Source: an uncultured Gemmatimonadales bacterium
GTDB lineage: Bacteria > Gemmatimonadota > Gemmatimonadetes > Gemmatimonadales > GWC2-71-9
Direction of reading: 5' to 3'
DNA: 64,000 nt
NCBI GenBank assembly: GCA_963825055.1
Contig: CAWGSK010000012.1
Location: forward strand, 96,001-160,000
The notes under the pieces were generated by a model that saw only the letters and a program-made list of their open reading frames with translations, searched no databases and was not told the origin of the DNA. Each line of letters begins with the position of its first letter. Within the stretch, counting starts at the first letter, position 1. Positions 48,958 to 59,031 of this stretch are shown one piece after another. A program made the position numbers and the translations under genes.

Positions 48958-50378
48958 ATCCCGCCAGGCTGGTTCTCCCGCCGCTCCGCTGGCGCGCCGA
49001 GGGCGGCTTCACGCACGAGACCGGCACGATCAGCACCGGCCTCCGGCTCGGGGTCGGCGGTTTCATCATCTTCGGCGGGACCGTCGAAGAGGTTTCGGCG
49101 CTCACCGCAGACCTCCGCGAGCGGGCCGGTCGCGGACTGCTGATCGCCGCCGACCTGGAACGTGGCGCAGGCCAGCAGGTGCGTGGCCTGACCGAGATCC
49201 CGCCACCTGGCGCGCTTGCCACGCTCGACGACGCCGAGACGGTCTCGACTGCGGCCGGAGCCCTCACCGCGGCGGAGGCGCGGAAAGTCGGGATCAACTG
49301 GGTGCTGGCCCCCGTAGCCGACCTGGACATCGAGCCCGCCAACCCCATCGTGCAGTCGCGTTCGTTCGGCGGGGACCCTGCGCCCGTTGCCGGCCTGGTG
49401 GCCGCATGGGTGCGGGGGTGCCAGGGGAACGGCGCCCTCGCCTGCGTGAAACATTATCCGGGTCACGGCCGCACCCGGACCGATTCCCATGCGGGACTTC
49501 CCGTGGTTGACGCACCGGCAGCGGCACTGCACCAGGCCGACCTCACCCCCTTCACCGCGGCATTGCGGGCCCAGGTGGGCGCCGTCATGAGCGCGCACGT
49601 CGCATACCCCGCGCTGGACCCGTCCGGCCTCCCGGCCACGATGTCCCCGGCCATCCTCGGCGAGCTGCGCCACGCGCACGGTTTCGACGGCCTCATCGTC
49701 ACCGACGCGATGAACATGGCGGGCGCCACGCGCGAGGGCGGTCCGGGGGCGGCCGCGGTGGCCGCCATCCGCGCCGGATGCGACATCCTGCTCTATCCGG
49801 GCGACCAGGAGGAGACGGTGGACGCCCTCAACCGCGCGCTCGCCTCGGGCGATCTGGATGAGCGACTGGTCTGGAGTGCCGTGCAGCGCGTCGAACGGAC
49901 GGTGGCCCGGATTGCGCGAATGGCGCCTCCCCTCCCCGGCAACGCGGACCTTCCTCGCACGTGGGCTGACCAGCTGGTGGATAGCGGCGTCGTCCGGGGG
50001 CCGCTTCCGTCGCTCCGTGGCGATCGGCCACTCGGCCTCGACATCGTGGATGACGACATCGGCGGGCCGTTCCCTCCCGGTCCGTCGGACTGGGTGAGCC
50101 GGACCCTGGCGGGGCGGGGCGCCAGCCTCGGGGAGGGTGGTGATCGCGTTCTCCTTGCCTTCGCCGAGCCCCGCGGGTGGAAGGGGCGTCCGGGCTTCTC
50201 TTCCGCCAGCCGCGCCCGGCTGGCAACGCTCGCGCCCGAGAGTCGGTTGATCGTCCTGTTCGGCCATCCGCGGCTGGTGGATGAACTGCCAGGGGACGTG
50301 CCGGTCCTGGTGGCGTGGCACCGGCAGCGGCTCATGCAGGAAGCCGTCGCCCGGCGCCTGGAGCAGCTGGGCGCGTGA
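48954..50378 (+). CDS. nagZ: GH3 beta-N-acetylhexosaminidase (NagZ-like)
   Basis: DLERG, APVAD, RSFG, KHYPGHG..DSH, TDAMNM. Confidence 0.85.
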   Translation: MNPARLVLPPLRWRAEGGFTHETGTISTGLRLGVGGFIIFGGTVEEVSALTADLRERAGRGLLIAADLERGAGQQVRGLTEIPPPGALATLDDAETVSTAAGALTAAEARKVGINWVLAPVADLDIEPANPIVQSRSFGGDPAPVAGLVAAWVRGCQGNGALACVKHYPGHGRTRTDSHAGLPVVDAPAAALHQADLTPFTAALRAQVGAVMSAHVAYPALDPSGLPATMSPAILGELRHAHGFDGLIVTDAMNMAGATREGGPGAAAVAAIRAGCDILLYPGDQEETVDALNRALASGDLDERLVWSAVQRVERTVARIARMAPPLPGNADLPRTWADQLVDSGVVRGPLPSLRGDRPLGLDIVDDDIGGPFPPGPSDWVSRTLAGRGASLGEGGDRVLLAFAEPRGWKGRPGFSSASRARLATLAPESRLIVLFGHPRLVDELPGDVPVLVAWHRQRLMQEAVARRLEQLGA

Positions 50379-52003
50379 CGGCGCTCGACTGGGGCATCGT
50401 CGCCCTCTACCTGGCGGGGACGCTCGTGCTCGGGCTGGTGGTGGCGCGCCGGGGGGCGGGCAGCCTGGTCGAGTTCTTCGTGGGTGGCCGCGCCATCCCG
50501 TGGTGGCTCGCCGCCACCTCGATGGCCGCCACGACCTTCAACGTCGACACGCCGCTGTACGTGGCGGGCCGCGTTGCGCGGGCGGGAGTTGCGGGCAACT
50601 GGGAGTGGTGGTGTTTCGCGTTCGCGCATGTCCTGCTTGCCGTACTGCTGGCCAAGCTCTGGCGGCGCGCAGAAGTCGTGACGGACATGGAACTCACGGA
50701 GCTGCGCTACGCCGGACGCCCCGCTGCGGCGCTCCGGGCGACCCGCGCATTCCTGTTCGCGGTCCCCATCAACTGCATCAGCATCGGGTACGGCATGCTC
50801 GCGATGCGCAAGGTCATCGTTGCGCTGGGCCTGCTGGATGGCCTGCCGGCGCTGCCGGGCGACGCGAGGCTCTGGGCCCTGATGCCGATCGTGCTCGTGG
50901 TCCTCCTCTACACCGCGCTCTCCGGCCTGTGGGGCGTGGTCGCGACCGACTTCATCCAGTACTTTCTCGCCCTCACCGGCGCCGTGGTGGTCATGGGGTA
51001 CGCGTTGCACGAAGTGGGAGGGCTCGGCGGCCTGACCGACGCCATCCGGGCCTCGGGACAGGGCGACAAGCTGCGCCTGCTCCCGTCAGGGGATGACGCC
51101 CTGATGCCGCTGTCCACATTCTTCGGATACCTGCTGGTCCAGTGGTGGGCCTTCCGGAACAGCGACGGCGGAGGGATGTTCGTCCAGCGCCTGAGTTCCA
51201 CCGCGAACGAGCGCGAAGCGCGCAAGGCGGCCCATGCGTTCAACATCCTGAATTACGTGGTCCGGACCTGGCCCTGGGTGCTGGTGGGGCTGGCGGCGCT
51301 CGTGATCTTTCCCGGGCTCGACGATCCCGAACTCGCCTATCCCATGATGATGGCGCGGTACCTGCCGGCGGGTCTGCTTGGCCTGGTGCTCGCGAGCCTG
51401 GTCGCCGCGTTCATGTCCACGGTCTCGACCCAGGTGAACTGGGGCGCGAGCTACCTCGTCAACGACCTCTACGCCCGGTTCGCCCCCCCGCAGGACGATG
51501 CGACCCTGCTCCGTGCGGCGCGCTGGGCTACCGTGGGGCTGACGCTCCTCGCCGCCACGGTCTCCTTCTTCATGGACGACGTGGGCACGGTCTTCCGCCT
51601 GCTGATCCTCATCGGGACCGGCCCGGGACTGGTGCTCCTGCTGCGCTGGTTCTGGTGGCGGATCAATGCCTGGGCTGAGATCGCGGCGATGGTCGCAGGG
51701 CTGGTGGTGGCCCTGGTGACCCTGCGCTACGAGCTCACCTTCGGCTGGCGGATCATCCTCACGGCATTCGGGTCGATGGCGGTATGGGTGCCGGTCATGT
51801 TCGCAACCGCGCCGGAGCCCGACGCCAGGCTGGATGAGTTCTACCGGCGGGTCCGGCCCGCGGGATTCTGGGGTCCGGTGCGCCGGCGGACGGGGCTCAC
51901 TCCGCTTGACGACCTGCGGCAGGACGCGGGCCGGTGGCTGTTGTGGGTCGTGGCGATTCTGGGAAGCGTACTCGGGATCGGCTGGCTGCTGCTGGCGGTC
52001 TGA
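50375..52003 (+). CDS. Sodium:solute symporter family protein
   Basis: DW.IV, GGRAIPWW, SMAATTF, TDFIQ, AAFMST; many TM helices. Confidence 0.9.
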   Translation: MTALDWGIVALYLAGTLVLGLVVARRGAGSLVEFFVGGRAIPWWLAATSMAATTFNVDTPLYVAGRVARAGVAGNWEWWCFAFAHVLLAVLLAKLWRRAEVVTDMELTELRYAGRPAAALRATRAFLFAVPINCISIGYGMLAMRKVIVALGLLDGLPALPGDARLWALMPIVLVVLLYTALSGLWGVVATDFIQYFLALTGAVVVMGYALHEVGGLGGLTDAIRASGQGDKLRLLPSGDDALMPLSTFFGYLLVQWWAFRNSDGGGMFVQRLSSTANEREARKAAHAFNILNYVVRTWPWVLVGLAALVIFPGLDDPELAYPMMMARYLPAGLLGLVLASLVAAFMSTVSTQVNWGASYLVNDLYARFAPPQDDATLLRAARWATVGLTLLAATVSFFMDDVGTVFRLLILIGTGPGLVLLLRWFWWRINAWAEIAAMVAGLVVALVTLRYELTFGWRIILTAFGSMAVWVPVMFATAPEPDARLDEFYRRVRPAGFWGPVRRRTGLTPLDDLRQDAGRWLLWVVAILGSVLGIGWLLLAV

Positions 52004-52010
52004 GCGTCCG

Positions 52011-53435
52011 TCAGGGCTCACGTCCGGCCTGGGCGAGCAGCTCCAGGCCGTACCGGATCGGGACGGCGTAGACCACCCGCCCCCGGCTTTCCTTCTCCCC
52101 TCCAAATACGACACCGGCCACCGCGCCGTCCGCATCGAAGACCGGGCTGCCGCTCGAGCCCTGTGCGCCGTAGCCGTCCAGCTGGATGAGGCGTGGTACC
52201 GCCTTGCTGACGGTGCCGGCGATCAGCGTGGTCGCGACGCCCACCGCACGCCACCGTCCGCCCATGTCGATGTCGAGCCCGAGGGGAAATCCGATCACGA
52301 CCACCGGGTCGCCGGCGGCGACCGTAGTGCCGGAGGCGGGAAGGCGGACCGTGGGCACGCCCCCGGCCACGTCAACCCGGAGCAGGGCGATGTCCACGTC
52401 CGGATGGAGGGCCACCACCCGGGCGCGAAAATTCTGTCGCGAGCCGTTGAAGATGGCGCCGAGTCGCGCGGGGACCGATCCGGTCCCTTCCTGTACGACA
52501 TGCCGGTTGGTGATGAGGTATCCCCCGCCGCCGTCGCTGGCGATCGCGAAACCGGTCCCGGTCCAGGACTGCCCGTCGGGGAACTGCACGGCGATCACCG
52601 CAACCCCGTCCGCATTGTCCCGTCCGATCGCGGCGGCGTCGAGCGACGCGGCGGAGACGAGCCGTTCGCGGAGGGCCAGCGCGGTGTCGAGGACCCGGCG
52701 CAACTCGGTGATCTCCGTGCCGTCGCCACCATCAGCGATACGTGTCCGCAGCGCGATGGCATCGCGCCGGGCCGCATCCAGCGAACCCTGGAGGGACGCA
52801 ATGTCGGCCTGCACGCCACCAAGGGCCGTGGTGAGGCTGTCGACCCGGTCCAGCAGGTGGGCCCGCTCCGCCTCGACCCGGTCCGCGGCGCGCTTGCTCT
52901 GCCACACGAAGGCGGCCCCGAGCAGGGCGAGGAGCGCGAGAAGGCCCCAGACGGTCCGGTGGCCGGGCGACGCGGCGGGTGGCGGATCGTCATCCATCCG
53001 CATGCCGATGCCGTCCGGCGGAGTCCGTCTGGGTGGCCGCGGTGTTCCTGCCGGAGGGATCGGCATCGGCTCGGGCAGGCCGGGCGGCTCCGGGCCGCCG
53101 CTGAACCCTCCCGGGCCGCGCGGGTCCGGGATGACCTCGAACTCGACCTGCGGGCCGGTGGGGCCGAAGCGCACGAGGTCGCGATGGGCGACGACGTGCT
53201 CACCCCTGAGCGGCCGGCCGTTGACCAGCGTGCCGTTGGTGCTCCCCAGATCACGGAGGATGTAGACGCCGCCCTGCAGAGTGACCGAGGCGTGGCGGCT
53301 CGAGACCTCGAGGTCCCGGTCGGGGTCGAACCGGAGGTCGCATTCCGGGTGCCGTCCCGCCAGCACGAACGGCTGCTCGAATACCGTCACCTGGTTGCGG
53401 CGGGCGCCGGAGCGGAAGGTGCACTGCAGCTGCAT
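52011..53435 (-). CDS. FHA-domain / TM / coiled-coil / trypsin-like serine protease
   Basis: FHA: GR..SSRHA..DLGSTNGT; protease triad: TNRHV, DIALL, GSSGSP. Confidence 0.85.
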   Translation of the reverse strand: MQLQCTFRSGARRNQVTVFEQPFVLAGRHPECDLRFDPDRDLEVSSRHASVTLQGGVYILRDLGSTNGTLVNGRPLRGEHVVAHRDLVRFGPTGPQVEFEVIPDPRGPGGFSGGPEPPGLPEPMPIPPAGTPRPPRRTPPDGIGMRMDDDPPPAASPGHRTVWGLLALLALLGAAFVWQSKRAADRVEAERAHLLDRVDSLTTALGGVQADIASLQGSLDAARRDAIALRTRIADGGDGTEITELRRVLDTALALRERLVSAASLDAAAIGRDNADGVAVIAVQFPDGQSWTGTGFAIASDGGGGYLITNRHVVQEGTGSVPARLGAIFNGSRQNFRARVVALHPDVDIALLRVDVAGGVPTVRLPASGTTVAAGDPVVVIGFPLGLDIDMGGRWRAVGVATTLIAGTVSKAVPRLIQLDGYGAQGSSGSPVFDADGAVAGVVFGGEKESRGRVVYAVPIRYGLELLAQAGREP

Positions 53436-53441
53436 GGCGAC

Positions 53442-54458
53442 CTAGAGCGACAGGAGGAGGAATCCCAGCGCGACGAGGATCAGCCCGATCAGGCCGATCG
53501 CCATCATCCGGCTGGAACTGCCCGGGCTCCTGACCGCCTGGACGACGGGGACCTCTTCCGTCGCCAGGCCCGGCGGCTCCCGGTCGTTCTCGCCCTCCAG
53601 CGGGTGATAGCCTGCCTCGTGGCTGGCGTCCGGGTGGGAGAGGCCCTCCCCTTCGAAGCGCGCGATGACGGCGGTGATGTTATCCGGGCCGCCGCGGGTG
53701 TTGGCGAGCTCGATGAGGCGCGCGGCCAGCTCCACCAGGTCCGGGTGCCGGACGACGAGCGGCCCCAGTTCATCCCGGCGCAACTGCCCGGAAAGGCCAT
53801 CGGAGCAGAGGATGATCGTGTCCCCGGGGCTGAGCCGCTGGAAGGTCAGGTCCACCTTCACTTCGGATTCGGGCCCGAGCGCCTGCAGGATAATATTCCT
53901 CCGCTCGCTCTGCTCCGCTTCTTCTTCGGTGATTTCCCCCGCATCCACCAGGCGCTGCATCAGCGACTGGTCACGGGTGAGCTGGGTCGCGACACCGTCC
54001 CGCACAAGGTACCCGCGCGAGTCGCCGATCTGGGCGAGGTAGAGCACGTCCCCGATGACGCCGGCCACGGTCGCCGTGGTTCCCATCCCCCGGACCTCGG
54101 GGTGCTCAAGGGCATACGTATGGATGCGATGGTTTGCTTCCTCCACCGCCTCGCGGAGACGGGCGGCGAAGCGCTGGGGCGTGAGCTCCGTGTCGGTGCC
54201 CCAGGTGCTGGAGAGGTGTGAGTAGATAACGTCGGTGGCCATCGCGCTGGCGATCTCGCCGGCGGCGGCGCCGCCCATGCCGTCCGCGACCATGAGCAGG
54301 GACCCGCGCGGCCCGAGGACGTGCTCCTTCACCTCGGGATGCAGCGTGGCCCGGCCCGCCGTCAGGTCAGCGACCAGAAAGGTGTCCTCATTGTGGTCGC
54401 GGGTGCGGCCGAGGTCCGTCTTCCCGAAGACCGTGACATGAACGGTTCCCGTAGCCAC
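53442..54458 (-). CDS. PP2C-family Ser/Thr phosphatase (Stp1-like)
   Basis: NEDT, VADGMGG, GDSR, CSDGL, GGPDNIT; C-terminal TM. Confidence 0.93.
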   Translation of the reverse strand: MATGTVHVTVFGKTDLGRTRDHNEDTFLVADLTAGRATLHPEVKEHVLGPRGSLLMVADGMGGAAAGEIASAMATDVIYSHLSSTWGTDTELTPQRFAARLREAVEEANHRIHTYALEHPEVRGMGTTATVAGVIGDVLYLAQIGDSRGYLVRDGVATQLTRDQSLMQRLVDAGEITEEEAEQSERRNIILQALGPESEVKVDLTFQRLSPGDTIILCSDGLSGQLRRDELGPLVVRHPDLVELAARLIELANTRGGPDNITAVIARFEGEGLSHPDASHEAGYHPLEGENDREPPGLATEEVPVVQAVRSPGSSSRMMAIGLIGLILVALGFLLLSL

Positions 54459-54462
54459 GACG

Positions 54463-56031
54463 CTAGTTCGCTGCCTGCCGCATGGTGCTGTCGATCATCG
54501 CGCGAATCTCCCGGTACGTCTCGCGGGGATAGAGCCGATACGCAGTGTCGGCCCAGGCCCGGGCCCGGGCCCATTCCTTGTCCTCGATCCAGGCCTGGCT
54601 CACCAGGCGCGCCGCCTCGGCGCGCACGCTGTCGCTGACGTCGCTCCGGCGGTAGATGACCTCGGCGCGCCGGCGGGCCCGGCTTCGGCTCGCCGGACTG
54701 AAGATACTGTCTGGATCGGGCAGAGTCACAGGGACGGCCGAAGTTGCCCCGGAACGGGGCCGGCCCACGGACTGGTCCGCCGGCTCCGTGATCGGGGGAG
54801 TGCTGTTCCCGGCATCCGGCCCCGGCGTGGTATCCGGGGTCGCCGTATCAGGGGCCCCGGTCGCGCCCGAGAGGGCAGGCACTGAGATCCCCGTGGTGTC
54901 TGCCACCGGGTCCGCCGGGGAGGGCGCCAGCAGGGCGCGCCCGGCAAGGAGCGCGACGATCACGATCGCCGCGCCGAGGACCAGGGGCGCGACACCGCGT
55001 GCGCGGCGCGGGGGCCGTGACACCCGGGTAGGCGGCGGGCTCCCGACGGTTTCCAGCGGCATCGTCGGCGCCTCGCGCGCGGCGGACCCGGGAGCGGCCA
55101 GGGCGGCGACGAAGGCCTGGACGGTGGGGAACCGATCCTCCGGGCGGCGGGCCAGCGCCCGGCCAATGGCGTCCTGCACCTGCGGAGGGAAGTTCATCCC
55201 GGGCCGGGCCTCGTCCAGGCGGAGCGGTGCCTCCGTCAGCCGCTTCACCATCACCTCCTGTGGTGATTCCGCACGGAAGGGCAGGGTGCCGGTCAGCATG
55301 CGAAAGGCGATCAGCCCGAGGGCGTACTGGTCGGAACGCGCATCGACCACCGCGCCCGCGAGCTGCTCGGGACTCATGTACTCCGGAGTGCCCACCACGA
55401 GGCCGGTTCGCGTGACCTGCTGCGCGGCCTCGGCGCCAGCCTTCGCGATGCCGAAGTCCACCACCTTCACGACCGGCCGGTCTCCCGGACCGACCAGCAT
55501 GATATTGTCCGGCTTCAGGTCACGATGCACGATGCCGAGGTCATGGGCCGCCGCGAGCCCGGCAGCGCACTGCTCCAGGACGGGCAGTGCCTGCTCCATG
55601 GACATCGGGCCACCCGCGAGCGCCTCGGTCAGGGTGCCGCCATCGAGGTACTCCATCGCGAGGTAGATCAGGCCGTCGCCGGTTTCGCCGAAATCGTACA
55701 CCAGGCAGACGTTGGGGTGGCTGATGCGGCTGGCGTTGGCGGCCTCACGGTTAAACCGCGCGATCGCGTCAGCATCCCGTGTGAGGGACCGGCTCAGCAC
55801 CTTGATGGCACAGGTACGTCCCATCCGCAGGTGTTCGGCTTCGTATACCACTCCCATCCCGCCTTCCCCGAGCCTCCGGCTGACGTGATAGCGGTCGGCG
55901 ATGACCGCATCGACCAGGTCGCCCTGCGGATCGTCCGCGCGGAGCGCGCTCCCGTCTGCCGGGCAGAATTTCTGGGCGGCACCGTACCGCGCGCCGCAGG
56001 ATGGGCACGTCTTCATGCGGGGCTCGGACAC
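54463..56031 (-). CDS. Hanks-type Ser/Thr protein kinase (zinc ribbon, TM)
   Basis: LGEGGMG, AIK, HRDLKPDN, DFG, GTPEYMSPE. Confidence 0.93.
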   Translation of the reverse strand: MSEPRMKTCPSCGARYGAAQKFCPADGSALRADDPQGDLVDAVIADRYHVSRRLGEGGMGVVYEAEHLRMGRTCAIKVLSRSLTRDADAIARFNREAANASRISHPNVCLVYDFGETGDGLIYLAMEYLDGGTLTEALAGGPMSMEQALPVLEQCAAGLAAAHDLGIVHRDLKPDNIMLVGPGDRPVVKVVDFGIAKAGAEAAQQVTRTGLVVGTPEYMSPEQLAGAVVDARSDQYALGLIAFRMLTGTLPFRAESPQEVMVKRLTEAPLRLDEARPGMNFPPQVQDAIGRALARRPEDRFPTVQAFVAALAAPGSAAREAPTMPLETVGSPPPTRVSRPPRRARGVAPLVLGAAIVIVALLAGRALLAPSPADPVADTTGISVPALSGATGAPDTATPDTTPGPDAGNSTPPITEPADQSVGRPRSGATSAVPVTLPDPDSIFSPASRSRARRRAEVIYRRSDVSDSVRAEAARLVSQAWIEDKEWARARAWADTAYRLYPRETYREIRAMIDSTMRQAAN

Positions 56032-56178
56032 TGCATGGTGTCGGGGCAGGGGGGCGTGGGTGCCTCCGGGGGAACGGAAGGTCCAGCGGCGGGCCGTCCG
56101 GGGGACCGGGGAGCGTCCCCGGGACGTGGGCGCAATCTACCGGCCGGAAAAATAGGCGTCAACGCGGGCGTGCGAGTG

Positions 56179-56634
56179 CTACGGGCAGGTGGGTGGCTGC
56201 CCTGCCGCGGTTCGTGCGGCGCTCGGGTATGGGATGATGTGTTCCCATTCCGATGCGTCGGAGCGCGCCACGACTGCGACGACGGGCTCCGCATCGCTCA
56301 GGTTGCGCACCTCGTGGGGGATGCCGGGCTCGATGAAAATGAAGTCTCCTGCCGCGTTCTCGACATGCTCCACCAGTCCTTCCCCGTAATCGTGGCGCAC
56401 GCGGCCCTCGAGGATGTACAGCATGACCTCGAAATCGACATGGATGTGGGCGAAGGCCACCGCGCCCGGCGGGATGGTTGCCACGTTCATGGAGAGCTGC
56501 CCGGCCCCGACGTTCCGACCGGACATGCCGGCCTTGTACCGGATGCCGTTCCAGTCCCGGCACAGGCCGGAGCCGCGGATCACGCTGATGCCGGCCTTGC
56601 CCTCCACGACGGGGGGCTGTGGGTCCTCGGACAT
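56179..56634 (-). CDS. Cupin domain protein
   Basis: AHIH..E..YILEG, GDFIFIEPGIPH; GGAGGAG SD. Confidence 0.85.
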   Translation of the reverse strand: MSEDPQPPVVEGKAGISVIRGSGLCRDWNGIRYKAGMSGRNVGAGQLSMNVATIPPGAVAFAHIHVDFEVMLYILEGRVRHDYGEGLVEHVENAAGDFIFIEPGIPHEVRNLSDAEPVVAVVARSDASEWEHIIPYPSAARTAAGQPPTCP

Positions 56635-56883
56635 GGATGGCTCCTCCCGTCAGGGGTCGACCGGTGCCAGGGCAGGTGTTCCTGTTGATGGAAGCGGATA
56701 AGGCTGCTCAATGGTACGTAGAGGAAGGTGAACACCGCCTGTGTGCCGGCTCCCTGGTAACGTATCACGGAGGTGGCCGTCTCGGCGACCGTCCCCTCCT
56801 CGACTGCCAGCGCCGTGTGCTGTTCCGGGCCCGGGGGCTTTTCCCGCATGGACCGGCCGAAACGCCGCGCTTACCTTGCACCA

Positions 56884-58914
56884 ATGACACGATCCGCCGT
56901 CCCCCTCCTGCTGTTCGCCGCGGCGTGCGGCACTCCGTCCCTCCCGGCCCCGACCCCGGTTCCCGTCCCCGACACCGAATCCGGTGGCGCATCGGGTACC
57001 CGGCTGCCCCCGGTCACGCCCCGATCGGGCCCGCCCGCCATCCGCGTGGTGTATCCCCCTGAGGGGTCGGTCGTGGCGGTTGATTCCAGCTTCATTTTCG
57101 GCTCCGTCGGCACGGGTGACGCGACGCTGGCCATCAACGGGCGCCCGGTGCACGTCTGGCCGAACGGCGCATGGCTGGCATGGGTGGCGTTCCCCGCCGA
57201 AAGTCTCATGCGGCTCCAGCTCGTCGCCAGGACAGCCACCGAGACCGTCATAGATACGCTGGAACTCCGCCGGCCGGTCACGTCGCGCGCCCGTGACGCG
57301 TTGTGGATCGACGCGGCGTCCGCGACACCGTCCGGACGCGTGTGGTGGCCGGCGGGGGAGTATCTCCCGCTCGCGGTTAGAGCCACCGCCGGGGCGGAGG
57401 TGCGGCTGGTGCTGCCCGACTCCACCGTCATCCCCCTGGTCGCGCGGCCGACCCTCTCCGACGTCTCGTGGGGAACCCGCGCGTTTGATCGCGATACGGG
57501 CAACCTTGCGCGCAGTGTCACGAGTGACCGATACGTGGGTGTGCTCCGCGGGCGCGCCCTGGGTCCGTCTCCCGGCCCGTTCCTGGGCGACACCGCACGG
57601 TCTGCTCCCATCCCCGCCGCGGGATGCGCGGTCACGGACTCTCTGGCGGAACCTCCCGCCGGGTGCGCCGGGGCCGCGCCCGCGCTGCCGGTGATCGAGG
57701 CGATACTCGGCGCCGACACGGTGCGCGCGGAATGGCCGCTGCGACTGGCGCTGCTCGACTCGCTCCCCTACGTGGTGGAGCTGGATGACGATCCGGAAGG
57801 CACGGGTACGACCGACGGCATCACCGTCGGGCGTGCCCGTCCGGGCGCGACCTACAACTGGTTCTTCCCCCGCGGGACACGGACCGAGGCGACGGGACAG
57901 GTGAACGGCAATGTCCGGCTGCGGCTCTCCACCGGGGCGGAGGCCTGGGTCGCGGCGGGAGACGTGAGACCGCTGCCCGCCCGGGTTCCGCTCGATCGTG
58001 CGACGGTCGGGTCGGTTGCCCTCACTGCTGCCGCCGACCGGTTCATCCTGCGTATCCCGGTCAGCCGCCGGGTGCCGTTCGCGGTGAACGAAGAGGCTGC
58101 GTCAATAACCCTCCGTCTCTACCACGCGGCGGGGGACGTGAACTGGATCCGGTACGGCGGGACAGTGCCGGGCATCCGCGCAATCACCTGGTCGCAGGAA
58201 GGACGCGACGAGGTCACCCTCACGGTCTCGCTGGACGAGCGTACCTGGGGCTATCGCACGCGATGGGCGCAGGACGACCTCATGCTCGAGGTCCGCCGTC
58301 CGCCGGCACTGGACGCGGGACATCCGCTCCGGGGCGTGCTGGTGGTGGTTGATCCTGGCCATCCGCCCGCGGGCGCGACGGGGCCGACGGGCCTGCGCGA
58401 GGCCGAGGCCAACCTGGCCGTGGGCCTGCGTCTGCGCGATTTGCTCGCCGCCGAGGGCGCCCGGGTCATCATGACCCGGACCACCGACCGGGACGTGGGG
58501 CTGACCGAGCGCACGCAGCTGGCTGACAGCGTGGGCGCCGATCTGCTCGTCAGCATCCACAACAACGCCCTGCCGGACGGCGTGAACCCGTTCACCAACA
58601 ACGGGGCGAGCGTCTACTACAACCACGTCCACAGCATCCCGCTCGCCCGCGCCGTCCAGGGTGAGCTGGTCCGGGCGTTCGGGACGCGCGACCTCGGCTT
58701 CGGCCGGGGAGACCTGGCCCTGGTGCGCCCCACCTGGATGCCGGCGATTCTCACCGAAGGCCTTTTCATGATGCTTCCCGACCAGGAGGCGGCGCTGCGG
58801 AGCGTGGCGGGGCAGGAAGCATATGCCCGGGCCGTGCGGAACGGGATCGTCTCCTTCCTGCGCTGGCGGGCCGGGGGGGGCACGTCGAGTCCTGCCTCCG
58901 GGGACCTCGATTAG
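56884..58914 (+). CDS. N-acetylmuramoyl-L-alanine amidase (Amidase_3), lipoprotein
   Basis: VDPGH, EA..NL, SIHNNA, ILTE; lipobox AAAC. Confidence 0.88.
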   Translation: MTRSAVPLLLFAAACGTPSLPAPTPVPVPDTESGGASGTRLPPVTPRSGPPAIRVVYPPEGSVVAVDSSFIFGSVGTGDATLAINGRPVHVWPNGAWLAWVAFPAESLMRLQLVARTATETVIDTLELRRPVTSRARDALWIDAASATPSGRVWWPAGEYLPLAVRATAGAEVRLVLPDSTVIPLVARPTLSDVSWGTRAFDRDTGNLARSVTSDRYVGVLRGRALGPSPGPFLGDTARSAPIPAAGCAVTDSLAEPPAGCAGAAPALPVIEAILGADTVRAEWPLRLALLDSLPYVVELDDDPEGTGTTDGITVGRARPGATYNWFFPRGTRTEATGQVNGNVRLRLSTGAEAWVAAGDVRPLPARVPLDRATVGSVALTAAADRFILRIPVSRRVPFAVNEEAASITLRLYHAAGDVNWIRYGGTVPGIRAITWSQEGRDEVTLTVSLDERTWGYRTRWAQDDLMLEVRRPPALDAGHPLRGVLVVVDPGHPPAGATGPTGLREAEANLAVGLRLRDLLAAEGARVIMTRTTDRDVGLTERTQLADSVGADLLVSIHNNALPDGVNPFTNNGASVYYNHVHSIPLARAVQGELVRAFGTRDLGFGRGDLALVRPTWMPAILTEGLFMMLPDQEAALRSVAGQEAYARAVRNGIVSFLRWRAGGGTSSPASGDLD

Positions 58915-59031
58915 GTTATGAATGTGGGGCCGGCGCGTGAAACCTTTCGGGGCTCGTTCGTCATAGTGTAGAGGCCCCCTTTGGCCACCCCCTGTTGCCC
59001 ACGGGGCGTTGCCCGGTTCACCGAGGTTCCG

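Noticed and set aside
56635..56883. Short ORFs or an RNA element between the cupin and amidase genes
   Set aside because: No SD, motif or convincing structure; could be a gene remnant but this is unsupported.
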